A DNA stretch of 42,729 nt from the IMG/VR virus record IMGVR_UViG_2541047951_000003, one strand, 5' to 3'. The position numbers and the translations under genes are program-made. Below are positions 8,223 to 16,962 of the stretch, piece after piece (position 1 is the first letter of the stretch; each line of letters starts with the position of its first letter). This DNA comes from a virus (lineage: Duplodnaviria; Heunggongvirae; Uroviricota; Caudoviricetes). Under the pieces are notes generated by a model, which did not search any database, was not told the origin of the DNA, and saw nothing but the letters and a program-made list of their open reading frames with translations.

Positions 8223-8776
8223 ATTCCAAACCCCATTTGCCCCGACTCATCTTCAAGCGGTAAAGGTATTCTCCCAGAGTAAGTTATGTTCAGATGTTTA
8301 CAGAAGTAATTCCAATACCCTACCAGGTCATCTGGGTTTATGTCATCTTCGATTGGAAACGCTATTCTATCACTATAGTATCCAGCTTCTTCATAGTATA
8401 CATGGTAGTGAGCACCGTAAATGATATCTTGGTACTTCGGATGATCGACCTTGTAACTATTCGTGTGTTTGTCAAAGTGATAGGTATCTACCGCGAAAAC
8501 CCTCTTGTTATGATAGAAAGCAATAATATTTATTTTAGGGTAAGAAATCGGGTCATCAGGTTCTGAATCCTGATCTGGTTTCCATTTCAGTTCAAACTTT
8601 AGCCCTTGTATAGGTATACAATCCTCATCCAAGGGGATGATATGGGCTTGTAGCCACATATCAGAGCGACTTGGTTTCTGTTTCCATTTAACGCCAGAAA
8701 AGTTAACTATTTTTTTACAATAAAGTACTTTATCAACTTCTACTTGGCTTGGCTGATAATCATCTATTTTTGCCAA
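8219..8776 (-). CDS. Hypothetical protein, 185 aa (start probably TTG); first gene of the rex-position cassette
   Basis: ORF begins 38 nt after cI stop on the same strand; first in-frame start is TTG at 8776 (next Met at codon 40); Tyr/His/Asp-rich; no motif recognised. Confidence 0.65.
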   Translation of the reverse strand: MAKIDDYQPSQVEVDKVLYCKKIVNFSGVKWKQKPSRSDMWLQAHIIPLDEDCIPIQGLKFELKWKPDQDSEPDDPISYPKINIIAFYHNKRVFAVDTYHFDKHTNSYKVDHPKYQDIIYGAHYHVYYEEAGYYSDRIAFPIEDDINPDDLVGYWNYFCKHLNITYSGRIPLPLEDESGQMGFGI

Positions 8777-8815
8777 TGTTTACCGCCCTGTAAATTGTAG
8801 ATAAAAGTGGTTTCA

Positions 8816-9475
8816 TCACCCAAACGTCTCTTCAGGCCATTGGCTGGCGATAACTTTCCCCACAACGGAACAACTCTCATTGCATGGGATCATTGGGTAT
8901 TGTGGGTTTAGTGGCTGTAGAAACACCTGACCGCTATCCCTGATCAGTTTCTTGAAGGTAAATTCATCACCACCAAGTCTGGCTATGCAGAAATCGCCGG
9001 GCTCAACAGCTTGCTCAGGGTCAACCAGAATTAACATCCCGTCAGGAAAGCTGGGTTTGGAACCTGTTGGTGCGGTCATTGAGTTACCTTCAACCTCAAG
9101 CCAGAATGCAGAGTCACTGGCTTTTTTGGTTGTGCTTACCAATCTCTCCGCATCGCCTTTGGTAAAGGTTCTGAGTTCTGGAGAGAACATCCCAGCCTGA
9201 ACATGAGAAAAAACAGGGTACTCATATTGTTTTTTAACTGGGGCCGATGAGTATTCGCCAACAGGTGAAAATGTCCCGTCGTGGTTGAATGATATGTTAT
9301 CAATACCAAGGTATTTAAACACCACACCAATATCACTAAGAGATGGATGACGAGATCCGCGCAACCAGTGTCCAATCCCACCCTGCGTCATACCTAGCTC
9401 TTCGGCTAACTTCTCTTGAGTTATGCCGAGCTCTTTCATTCTGGATCTAGCCAGTTCATACCATTTCATTTTCAT
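8816..9475 (-). CDS. cI: CI repressor (HTH N-terminal domain of non-lambda specificity + lambda-type LexA-like C-terminal domain)
   Basis: C-terminal about 130 aa ([22 protein letters not shown]...[12 protein letters not shown]) matches lambda CI; N-terminal HTH ([23 protein letters not shown]) differs; start taken at MKMKWY (9475) or 9469. Confidence 0.85.
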   Translation of the reverse strand: MKMKWYELARSRMKELGITQEKLAEELGMTQGGIGHWLRGSRHPSLSDIGVVFKYLGIDNISFNHDGTFSPVGEYSSAPVKKQYEYPVFSHVQAGMFSPELRTFTKGDAERLVSTTKKASDSAFWLEVEGNSMTAPTGSKPSFPDGMLILVDPEQAVEPGDFCIARLGGDEFTFKKLIRDSGQVFLQPLNPQYPMIPCNESCSVVGKVIASQWPEETFG

Positions 9476-9586
9476 GTCCTTATTATTACGCTCTGTACTG
9501 GAACCATCCATGCACAATGTGTATTTTTACTTGTATTCGCAAAGTACATATTGTATTTTTTTATTCGTGTTTACTATGGAGGGCAT
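9476..9586. promoter_or_regulatory. Divergent cI-cro control region (pRM/pR with operators)
   Basis: 111-bp AT-rich intergenic region between divergent cI and cro; three TGTATT(T) repeats at 9518-9528, 9531-9537, 9551-9562 and a TACA-N3-TGTA dyad at about 9545-9555. Confidence 0.5.
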
Positions 9587-9802
9587 ATGAGCAACCTACG
9601 AAAATATCGAGAGTCACTGAATATCTCTCAAACAACACTTGCTAAGGCAGTTGGATGCACACAGGGAGCTATCGGACATTGGGAATCTGGTCGTCGCTTC
9701 CCAGACCTTAAAACATGCCGTGCTCTTGTTGCGTGCCTAAACAAGTTAGGCGCAAAAGTCAGTCTTGATGACGTGTTCCCGCCGGAACACAAAGCCGCTT
9801 AA
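9587..9802 (+). CDS. cro: Cro-like HTH repressor (XRE family), 71 aa
   Basis: ATG at 9587 with GGAGGG upstream; HTH 'ISQTTLAKAVGCTQGAIGHWESG'; divergent from cI; not lambda Cro sequence. Confidence 0.8.
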   Translation: MSNLRKYRESLNISQTTLAKAVGCTQGAIGHWESGRRFPDLKTCRALVACLNKLGAKVSLDDVFPPEHKAA

Positions 9803-9812
9803 TAAGCGGATC

Positions 9813-9857
9813 CGCTCTTTGTAACAACGGACATTCGTCCTACGTCGCTGAAAAGCG
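9813..9857 (+). promoter_or_regulatory. nutR candidate: boxA CGCTCTTT (9813-9820) and boxB-like hairpin UCGCUGAAAAGCGA (9844-9857)
   Basis: boxA-like octamer just after cro stop followed by stem-loop with GAAAA loop, upstream of cII. Confidence 0.5.
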
Positions 9858-9943
9858 AGTTCCAAGATATCTGACCAACTAAGGCCATATGCGTTTCCAC
9901 GCATACCTTTCAACTAACTATTCACTATTGGAAATCTTAAGAA

Positions 9944-10240
9944 ATGGAAAGAACAAGTTACAGCAAACTATCACAGCGTGACGTTGATCGCGCAGAAACA
10001 GATTTACTTATCAATCTGTCAGCTATTACCCAGCGCGGTCTGGCAAAGATGATTGGCTGTCATGAATCGAAGATAAGCAGAACGGACTGGAGATTTATTG
10101 CTTCGGTCTTGTGTGCTTTCGGAATGGCATCAGACATCAGTCCGATTAGCAGGGCTTTTAAGTATGCGCTTGATGGACTCACCAATAAAAAACGCCCGGC
10201 GGCAACCGAGCGTTCTGAACAAATCCAGATGGAATTCTGA
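9944..10240 (+). CDS. cII: CII transcriptional activator (chimeric: non-lambda N-terminus, lambda-identical C-terminus)
   Basis: 98 aa; C-terminal 'LTNKKRPAATERSEQIQMEF' matches lambda CII; N-terminal two-thirds differs. Confidence 0.85.
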   Translation: MERTSYSKLSQRDVDRAETDLLINLSAITQRGLAKMIGCHESKISRTDWRFIASVLCAFGMASDISPISRAFKYALDGLTNKKRPAATERSEQIQMEF

Positions 10241-10272
10241 GGTCATTACTGGATCAATCCACAGGAGTCATT

Positions 10273-11172
10273 ATGACAAATACAGCAAAAATACTCAACT
10301 TCTGCAGAGGTAACTTTGCCAAACAGGAGCGTAATGTGGCAGATCTCGATGATGGTTACGCCAGACTATCAAATATGCTGCTTGAGGCTTATTCAGGCGC
10401 AGATCTGACCAAGCGACAGTTTAAAGTGCTGCTTGCCATTCTGCGTAAAACCTATGGATGGAATAAACCAATGGACAGAATCACCGATTCTCAACTTAGC
10501 GAGATTACAAAGTTACCCGTCAAACGGTGCAATGAAGCCAAGTTAGAACTCGTCAGAATGAATATTATCAAGCAGCAAGGCGGCATGTTTGGACCAAATA
10601 AAAACATCTCAGAATGGTGTATCCCTCAAAACGAGGGAAAATCCCCTAAAACGAGGGATAAAACATCCCTCAAATTGGGGGATTGCTATCCCTCAAAACA
10701 GGGGGACACAAAAGACACTATTACAAAAGAAAAAAGAAAAGATTATTCGTCAGAGAATTCTGGCGAATCCTCTGACCAGCCAGAAAACGACCTTTCTGTG
10801 GTGAAACCGGATGCTGCAATTCAGAGCGGCAGCAAGTGGGGGACAGCAGAAGACCTGACCGCCGCAGAATGGATGTTTGACATGGTGAAGACCATCGCGC
10901 CATCAGCCAGAAAACCGAATTTTGCAGGGTGGGCTAACGATATCCGCCTGATGCGTGAACGTGACGGACGTAACCATCGCGACATGTGTGTACTGTTCCG
11001 CTGGGCATGCCAGGACAACTTCTGGTCCGGTAACGTGCTGAGCCCGGCCAAACTCCGCGACAAGTGGACCCAGCTCGAAATCAACCGTAACAAGCAACAG
11101 GCAGGTGTGACAGCCTGCAAACCAAAACTCGACCTGACAAACACTGACTGGATTTACGGGGTGGATTTATGA
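10273..11172 (+). CDS. O: Replication initiator protein O
   Basis: 299 aa, matches lambda O (MTNTAKILNF...); contains the ori iterons. Confidence 0.95.
   Translation: MTNTAKILNFCRGNFAKQERNVADLDDGYARLSNMLLEAYSGADLTKRQFKVLLAILRKTYGWNKPMDRITDSQLSEITKLPVKRCNEAKLELVRMNIIKQQGGMFGPNKNISEWCIPQNEGKSPKTRDKTSLKLGDCYPSKQGDTKDTITKEKRKDYSSENSGESSDQPENDLSVVKPDAAIQSGSKWGTAEDLTAAEWMFDMVKTIAPSARKPNFAGWANDIRLMRERDGRNHRDMCVLFRWACQDNFWSGNVLSPAKLRDKWTQLEINRNKQQAGVTACKPKLDLTNTDWIYGVDL
10621..10750 (+). repeat. ori-lambda: four about 18-19-bp iterons (ATCCCTCAAAACGAGGGA-type) plus adjacent AT-rich region, inside O
   Basis: Direct reading: atccctcaaaacgaggga / aatcccctaaaacgaggga / atccctcaaattggggga / atccctcaaaacaggggga followed by A-rich stretch. 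Confidence 0.85.
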
Positions 11173-11870
11173 AAAACATCGCCGCACAGATGGTTAATTT
11201 TGACCGTGAGCAGATGCGTCGGATCGCCAACAACATGCCGGAACAGTACGACGAAAAGCCGCAGGTACAGCAGGTAGCGCAGATCATCAACGGTGTGTTC
11301 AGCCAGTTACTGGCAACTTTCCCGGCGAGTCTGGCTAACCGTGACCAGAACGAACTGAACGAAATCCGCCGCCAGTGGGTTCTGGCTTTCCGGGAAAACG
11401 GGATCACCACAATGGAACAGGTTAACGCAGGAATGCGCGTAGCCCGTCGGCAGAATCGACCATTTCTGCCATCACCCGGGCAGTTTGTTGCATGGTGCCG
11501 GGAAGAAGCATCCGTTATCGCCGGACTGCCAAACGTCAGCGAGCTGGTTGATATGGTTTACGAGTATTGCCGGAAGCGAGGCCTGTATCCGGATGCAGAG
11601 TCTTATCCGTGGAAATCGAACGCGCACTACTGGCTGGTTACCAACCTGTACCAGAACATGCGGGCCAATGCGCTGACTGACGCGGAATTACGACGCAAGG
11701 CTGCCGATGAACTGACCTGTATGACAGCGCGAATTAACCGTGGTGAGACGATACCTGAACCAGTAAAACAACTTCCTGTCATGGGCGGCAGACCTCTAAA
11801 TCGTGTTCAGGCGCTGGCGAAGATCGCAGAAATTAAAGCTAAGTTAGGACTGAAAGGAGCAAGTGTATGA
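11169..11870 (+). CDS. P: Replication protein P (DnaB helicase loader)
   Basis: 233 aa, matches lambda P; ATGA overlap with O. Confidence 0.95.
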   Translation: MKNIAAQMVNFDREQMRRIANNMPEQYDEKPQVQQVAQIINGVFSQLLATFPASLANRDQNELNEIRRQWVLAFRENGITTMEQVNAGMRVARRQNRPFLPSPGQFVAWCREEASVIAGLPNVSELVDMVYEYCRKRGLYPDAESYPWKSNAHYWLVTNLYQNMRANALTDAELRRKAADELTCMTARINRGETIPEPVKQLPVMGGRPLNRVQALAKIAEIKAKLGLKGASV

Positions 11871-12157
11871 CGGGCAAAGAGGCAATTATTCATTACCTGG
11901 GGACGCATAATAGCTTCTGTGCGCCGGACGTTGCCGCGCTAACAGGCGCAACAGTAACCAGCATAAATCAGGCCGCGGCTAAAATGGCACGGGCAGGTCT
12001 TCTGGTTATCGAAGGTAAGGTCTGGCGAACGGTGTATTACCGGTTTGCTACCAAGGAAGAACGGGAAGGAAAGATGAGCACGAACCTGATTTTTAAGGAG
12101 TGTCGCCAGAGTGCCACGATGAAACGGATATTGGCGGTATATGGAGTTAAAAGATGA
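11867..12157 (+). CDS. ren: Ren (Rex exclusion escape protein)
   Basis: 96 aa, matches lambda Ren (MTGKEAIIHYLGTHNSFCAPDVAALTG...). Confidence 0.9.
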   Translation: MTGKEAIIHYLGTHNSFCAPDVAALTGATVTSINQAAAKMARAGLLVIEGKVWRTVYYRFATKEEREGKMSTNLIFKECRQSATMKRILAVYGVKR

Positions 12158-12182
12158 CCATCTACATCACTGAGCTAATAAC

Positions 12183-12214
12183 AGGCCTGCAGGTAATCGC
12201 AGGCCTTTTTATTT
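12183..12214 (+). terminator. Rho-independent terminator (tR2-like) between ren and ninB
   Basis: AGGCCTGC-aggtaatc-GCAGGCCT stem followed by TTTTTATTT. Confidence 0.6.
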
Positions 12215-12230
12215 GGGGGAGAGGGAAGTC

Positions 12231-12671
12231 ATGAAAAAACTAACCTTTGAAATTCGATCTCCGGCACATCAGCAAAACGCTATTCACGCAGTACAGCAAA
12301 TCCTTCCAGACCCAACCAAACCAATCGTAGTAACCATTCAGGAACGCAACCGCAGCTTAGACCAAAACAGGAAGCTATGGGCCTGCTTAGGTGACGTCTC
12401 TCGTCAGGTTGAATGGCATGGTCGCTGGCTGGATGCAGAAAGCTGGAAGTGTGTGTTTACCGCAGCATTAAAGCAGCAGGATGTTGTTCCTAACCTTGCC
12501 GGGAATGGCTTTGTGGTAATAGGCCAGTCAACCAGCAGGATGCGTGTAAGCGAATTTGCGGAGCTATTAGAGCTTATACAGGCATTCGGTACAGAGCGTG
12601 GCGTTAAGTGGTCAGACGAAGCGCGACTGGCTCTCGAATGGAAAGCGCGATGGGGAGATCGGGCTGCATGA
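12231..12671 (+). CDS. ninB: NinB (Orf) recombination mediator
   Basis: MKKLTFEIRSPAHQQNAIHAVQQILPDPTKPIVVTIQERNRSLDQNRKLW... matches lambda NinB; track ORF starts 6 codons upstream. Confidence 0.9.
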   Translation: MKKLTFEIRSPAHQQNAIHAVQQILPDPTKPIVVTIQERNRSLDQNRKLWACLGDVSRQVEWHGRWLDAESWKCVFTAALKQQDVVPNLAGNGFVVIGQSTSRMRVSEFAELLELIQAFGTERGVKWSDEARLALEWKARWGDRAA

Positions 12672-13195
12672 CTATCAAATCAAATACGCCAGCACACGAC
12701 AAGGACTGCTGGCAAACGCCGCTTTGGCTTTTTGATGCACTGGATATTGAGTTTGGATTCTGGCTGGATTCGGCAGCGAGCGACAAAAATGCTCTGTGCG
12801 CTCACTGGCTAACTGAGGACGACGACGCGCTCAATTCTGAGTGGGTAAGCCACGGTGCAATCTGGAATAACCCACCGTACAGCAATATCAGGCCGTGGGT
12901 GGAAAAAGCCGCTGAGCAGTGTATACAACAGCGACAGACGGTAGTGATGCTTGTGCCAGAGGATATGTCTGTCGGATGGTTCAGCAAGGCTCTGGAGAGT
13001 GTTGACGAAGTTCGTATTATCACTGATGGACGGATTAATTTTATCGAACCATCGACAGGGCTGGAGAAGAAGGGAAACAGCAAAGGCTCCATGCTGCTGA
13101 TTTGGCGACCGTTCATCAGTCCTCGACGGATGTTTACTACCGTATCCAAAGCGGCATTGATGGCGATCGGGCAGGGCGTCAGGAGGGCTGCATGA
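12668..13195 (+). CDS. Phage DNA N6-adenine methyltransferase (Dam-like), about 175 aa
   Basis: ATGA overlap with ninB stop; 'NPPY' catalytic motif ([11 protein letters not shown]) typical of N6-adenine MTases; occupies the ninC position. Confidence 0.75.
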   Translation: MTIKSNTPAHDKDCWQTPLWLFDALDIEFGFWLDSAASDKNALCAHWLTEDDDALNSEWVSHGAIWNNPPYSNIRPWVEKAAEQCIQQRQTVVMLVPEDMSVGWFSKALESVDEVRIITDGRINFIEPSTGLEKKGNSKGSMLLIWRPFISPRRMFTTVSKAALMAIGQGVRRAA

Positions 13196-13368
13196 GACGA
13201 CAGCGACGAAGCATCACCGACATAATCTGCGAAAACTGCAAATACCTTCCAACGAAACGCTCCAGAAATAAACGCAAGCTAATCCCAAAAGAATCTGACG
13301 TAAAAACCTTCAATTACACAGCCCACCTGTGGGATATCCGGTGGCTAAGATATCGTGCGAGGAAATGA
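13192..13368 (+). CDS. ninE: NinE
   Basis: [58 protein letters not shown] matches lambda NinE; ATGA overlap with MTase stop. Confidence 0.8.
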   Translation: MRRQRRSITDIICENCKYLPTKRSRNKRKLIPKESDVKTFNYTAHLWDIRWLRYRARK

Positions 13369-13712
13369 CAATGGATTATTCACAGTTAAGTGATTTTGAA
13401 ATTAACAGAATGGTAGGAGACATAATTTTTAAAGGCCTTTGGGCAAGTAAACCGGAAACATCAGGGAATAACACCAACAAATGGTATTACGGAAATGCTG
13501 ATACAACTTTTGAGCCATTAAATCATTTGCCTGACTACTGCAATGATCCGAGCGCTTCATGGCCGATTATTGAGAAATACAGGATTTCTATCTTAGACCA
13601 GTTAACTGAATGGTGTGTGGATGCAAAAGGCGTAAGCCCAATATTTGATACCAGACCTCTCCGCGCCGCCATGATTGTCTTTCTCCTGATGCAGGAGGCC
13701 AATAATGCTTAG
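13365..13712 (+). CDS. Hypothetical nin-region protein, about 115 aa
   Basis: ATGA-coupled to ninE (ATG 13365); no recognised motif. Confidence 0.55.
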   Translation: MTMDYSQLSDFEINRMVGDIIFKGLWASKPETSGNNTNKWYYGNADTTFEPLNHLPDYCNDPSASWPIIEKYRISILDQLTEWCVDAKGVSPIFDTRPLRAAMIVFLLMQEANNA

Positions 13713-13899
13713 CCCATCTCAATCCCTTCAATACCTGAAAGAAAGCATAGAGCGGGCTTCAATGTGCACAGAGTGGATTCTATCTAGGTTTAGCGCATAC
13801 AGAAGATTGCCGGTAAAGGGCATGCCAAGCAAGTCGATGCTGCATATGCAAAAGAATGCGCGCTGGAAGGTATGGCGAGAACACAGGTTATGTGGCTGA
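13705..13899 (+). CDS. NinF-like protein (N-terminal similarity only)
   Basis: N-terminus [18 protein letters not shown] resembles lambda NinF, but the Cys-rich motif I expect in lambda NinF is absent. Confidence 0.45.
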   Translation: MLSPSQSLQYLKESIERASMCTEWILSRFSAYRRLPVKGMPSKSMLHMQKNARWKVWREHRLCG

Positions 13900-13918
13900 A
13901 AGAGGGGGTTATTAAGGC

Positions 13919-14281
13919 GTGAATACCTACAGCATCACATTACCCTGGCCTCCGAGCAATAATCGCTATTACCGCCATAATCGCGGGCGCACGCACGTCA
14001 GCGCAGAGGGGCAGGCATACCGCGATAACGTCGCCCGAATCATTAAAAACGCAATGCTGGATATCGGCCTGGCTATGCCTGTGAAAATCCGCATTGAGTG
14101 CCACATGCCGGATCGCCGTCGCCGTGACCTGGATAATCTGCAAAAAGCCGCTTTTGACGCACTCACTAAAGCAGGTTTCTGGCTGGATGATGCTCAGGTC
14201 GTTGATTACCGCGTTGTGAAGATGCCTGTTACCAAAGGTGGGAGGCTGGAACTGACCATCACCGAAATGGGGAATGAATGA
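13919..14281 (+). CDS. rusA: RusA Holliday-junction resolvase (GTG start)
   Basis: 120 aa, matches DLP12 RusA ([35 protein letters not shown]...); first codon GTG. Confidence 0.9.
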   Translation: MNTYSITLPWPPSNNRYYRHNRGRTHVSAEGQAYRDNVARIIKNAMLDIGLAMPVKIRIECHMPDRRRRDLDNLQKAAFDALTKAGFWLDDAQVVDYRVVKMPVTKGGRLELTITEMGNE

Positions 14282-14418
14282 TGTTTGAGTTTAATATGGC
14301 AGAACTTCTTCGCCACCGCTGGGGGCGTCTGCGCTTATATCGTTTCCTCGGTTCTGTTTTGACCGATTACCGAATACTGAAGAATTACGCCAAAACCCTG
14401 ACAGGAACAGGAGTATGA
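14278..14418 (+). CDS. ylcG: YlcG-like small protein, 46 aa
   Basis: Manual translation [46 protein letters not shown]; overlaps rusA stop; same position as ylcG in DLP12. Confidence 0.5.
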   Translation: MMFEFNMAELLRHRWGRLRLYRFLGSVLTDYRILKNYAKTLTGTGV

Positions 14419-14503
14419 AGTCAGAGATAACAATCAACTAATACTGTTTTGTTGATTTTTGCTTGTAATTGGCGTTCTGGTCTGATTTTTGTGGAGTAAG
14501 TTG

Positions 14504-14887
14504 ATGCGTGATATTCAGATGGTTCTTGAGCGTTGGGGTGCGTGGGCGGCTAATAATCATGAAGATGTGACCTGGTCGTCCATTGCCGCCGGTTTTAAGG
14601 GATTAATTCCTTCAAAAGTAAAATCTCGCCCGCAATGTTGTGACGATGACGCGATGATCATTTGCGGGTGCATGGCCCGTCTGAAAAAGAACAACAGCGA
14701 TTTACACGATTTATTAGTAGATTATTATGTATGTGGTATGACATTCATGTCACTGGCAAGTAAGCATTGCTGCTCGGATGGTTATATCGGGAAAAGGTTA
14801 CAGAAGGCTGAGGGCATAATTGAAGGGATGTTAATGGCATTAGATATCCGGTTAGATATGGATATCGTTGCTAATAATTCTAATTGA
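14504..14887 (+). CDS. quuD: Late-gene antiterminator Q (QuuD / phage 21-82 type)
   Basis: [33 protein letters not shown]... matches DLP12 QuuD; Cys-rich zinc-binding region ([12 protein letters not shown]). Confidence 0.85.
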   Translation: MRDIQMVLERWGAWAANNHEDVTWSSIAAGFKGLIPSKVKSRPQCCDDDAMIICGCMARLKKNNSDLHDLLVDYYVCGMTFMSLASKHCCSDGYIGKRLQKAEGIIEGMLMALDIRLDMDIVANNSN

Positions 14888-14914
14888 TATGCAATTGTTT
14901 ACTAAAAGTTATTA

Positions 14915-14947
14915 AAAATGGGGCGTGGAAACGCCCCCAAAATAAAG
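14915..14947 (-). terminator. Candidate terminator (minus strand) downstream of porin gene
   Basis: GGGGCG-tggaaa-CGCCCC stem (14919-14936) followed on the minus strand by ATTTTTAATAA. Confidence 0.4.
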
Positions 14948-15024
14948 GGTAATATATAACAGAAGGTTTATATAGTAAGAAGCAAGGTAGTGCTTCTAAA
15001 GGAAGTGGCTTGAGGGCTCCACTT

Positions 15025-15064
15025 ATATGTTGCGGAGGCAAAGCCTCCCGCAACATATCTTTTT
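15025..15064 (+). terminator. Candidate rho-independent terminator (plus strand), possible tR'
   Basis: 15-bp near-perfect stem ATATGTTGCGGAGGC/GCCTCCCGCAACATAT followed by CTTTTT; about 140 nt downstream of Q. Confidence 0.45.
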
Positions 15065-15075
15065 CGTAAGTCAGA

Positions 15076-16158
15076 TTAGAACTGATAAACCAGACCTACA
15101 GCGACGATGTCGTCGGTATCAATACCAGCTGTTTTGGTAAACTTACTATCGTCAATTAAGTTGATTTTGTAATCAACAAAAGTGGACATGTTTTTATTAA
15201 AGTAGTAAGTAGCACCGACATCGACATACTTGACTAAGTCTCGGTCACCATGAACACCAAGGTCTTTACCTTTTGACTGAAGGTAAGCAACAGATGGACG
15301 CAGACCGAAGTCAAACTGATATTGTGCTACTGCTTCAAAGTTTTGTGCTTTGTTTGCAATATGGTTATTACCAAAAACGGTCATATTCTGAGTTTCAGAA
15401 TATGTGGTAGCCAGATAGATATTGTTCGCATCATATTTCAGGCCTGCAGCCCATACTTCCGCATTTTTGCCGGAGGCATTGAATTTGCTCTTACCATAGG
15501 CGACCTGACCGTCAGTGCGATCTGATTTAGCATAGGTTGCACCCACGCCGAATCCTTCATACTCATAAGTAGTGGAGAAACCGAAACCATCACCATTGGC
15601 TTCAGTTACGTCAGTGCGGTCATTTTTACCCTGATACTGAGCAGCAAAGTTCAGGCCATCGACCAGACCAAAGAAGTCGTTGTTACGATAAGTTGCAACA
15701 CCAGTAGTGCGACCAGTCATGAACACATCTGTTTGGGTCCAGGTATCACCACCGAATTCTGGCAGAACGTCAGTCCACGCACCGATGTCGTATGCTACAC
15801 CGTAGTTACGGCCGTAATCGATTGAGCCGTAATCACCAAATTTCAGGCCTGCAAATGCAAGACGGGTTTTGTCTTTGGAAGAACCTTGAGATTCAGCACG
15901 GTTGCCTTTGAATTCATATTCCCACTGACCGAAACCAGTCAGTTGATCGTTGATTTGGGTTTCACCTTTGAAGCCAAGACGGGCATAAGTAGTATCACCA
16001 TCATCTGCATCATTAGAGGAGAAGTAGTGCTTGGCATTAACTTTCCCGTATAGATCCAGCTTGTTACTGTCTTTATTATAAATTTCAGCTGCCTGAGCAG
16101 ACATCGCCATCAGTACTGATGCAGCTACAGCAGAAATTGCCACTGTTAATTTTTTCAT
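15076..16158 (-). CDS. nmpC: Outer-membrane general porin (NmpC/OmpD/OmpC family), intact
   Basis: Signal peptide [23 protein letters not shown]; porin hallmarks incl. C-terminal ...VAVGLVYQF; located between Q and the lysis genes on the opposite strand, as nmpC is in DLP12. Confidence 0.9.
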   Translation of the reverse strand: MKKLTVAISAVAASVLMAMSAQAAEIYNKDSNKLDLYGKVNAKHYFSSNDADDGDTTYARLGFKGETQINDQLTGFGQWEYEFKGNRAESQGSSKDKTRLAFAGLKFGDYGSIDYGRNYGVAYDIGAWTDVLPEFGGDTWTQTDVFMTGRTTGVATYRNNDFFGLVDGLNFAAQYQGKNDRTDVTEANGDGFGFSTTYEYEGFGVGATYAKSDRTDGQVAYGKSKFNASGKNAEVWAAGLKYDANNIYLATTYSETQNMTVFGNNHIANKAQNFEAVAQYQFDFGLRPSVAYLQSKGKDLGVHGDRDLVKYVDVGATYYFNKNMSTFVDYKINLIDDSKFTKTAGIDTDDIVAVGLVYQF

Positions 16159-16584
16159 TGTACGCCCTTTTTTTGAACTATTATTAAAAAATGATGTCAC
16201 TGCGCGATAAATATTCATCTAATCAATGTGATTATTTCAAGATGTAAGTTTTAGTTTCTCATTTAATTTGTGAAGTAGATCTCTATTTTTATCTGAACCT
16301 TTTCTATCTAATCCTATTCATGGCTCTTGTCTGAACAAAAATAAATCTATTAGCTAATTTATATTAATGGCACTTATTTATAAGTGCTCTATAATTCTTT
16401 AGCTTAATTTAAACAAACTAAAAATAACATTGGAAATTATTAACTGGTTATTTGTTGAAGTTTTCTTATGCATTTGTGGTGGTGTTTTGAACACTCGGTG
16501 GCATTCTCACAAATATCATTTAGTAGTTTACGTACGTAAAAAATTGGTTATGCTGTTAAGAGTGGTTACTTCGTCACACAGCTT

Positions 16585-16617
16585 AAACCCGCCGTCGAGC
16601 GGGTTTTTCCATTTTTT
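16585..16617 (+). terminator. Candidate rho-independent terminator upstream of holin (alternative tR')
   Basis: AAACCCGC-cgtcga-GCGGGTTT stem followed by TTCCATTTTTT. Confidence 0.4.
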
Positions 16618-16746
16618 GAGTCTCGATATTAGCTGATAACCCAATACCTGAGTTATTCACTGACTCCGAATCTGTTACGTTTCTGCCTTTATTGCGATAC
16701 GTAGTATCCCCTTAATTTACACCCGCTTTGTCTGCGAGGTGGGGTT

Positions 16747-16962
16747 ATGAAATCCATGGATAAGTTAACAACGGGTGTCGCCTATGGTACCTCAGCAGGT
16801 AGTGCCGGGTACTGGTTTTTACAGTTGCTCGATAAAGTCACGCCCTCACAGTGGGCGGCAATAGGTGTGCTGGGTAGCCTGGTATTTGGCCTGCTGACGT
16901 ACCTGACAAACCTTTATTTCAAGATTAAAGAAGATAAGCGCAAGGCTGCGAGAGGTGAATAA
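16747..16962 (+). CDS. S: Pinholin S21 (dual-start motif MKSM)
   Basis: 71 aa, matches phage 21 S / DLP12 EssD ([28 protein letters not shown]...). Confidence 0.9.

Noticed and set aside
10621-10705. Tandem about 19-bp direct repeats considered as possible CRISPR-like array
   Set aside because: They lie inside the O gene and match the lambda origin iterons (O-binding sites) with an adjacent AT-rich unwinding region; no spacer/repeat architecture or cas genes.
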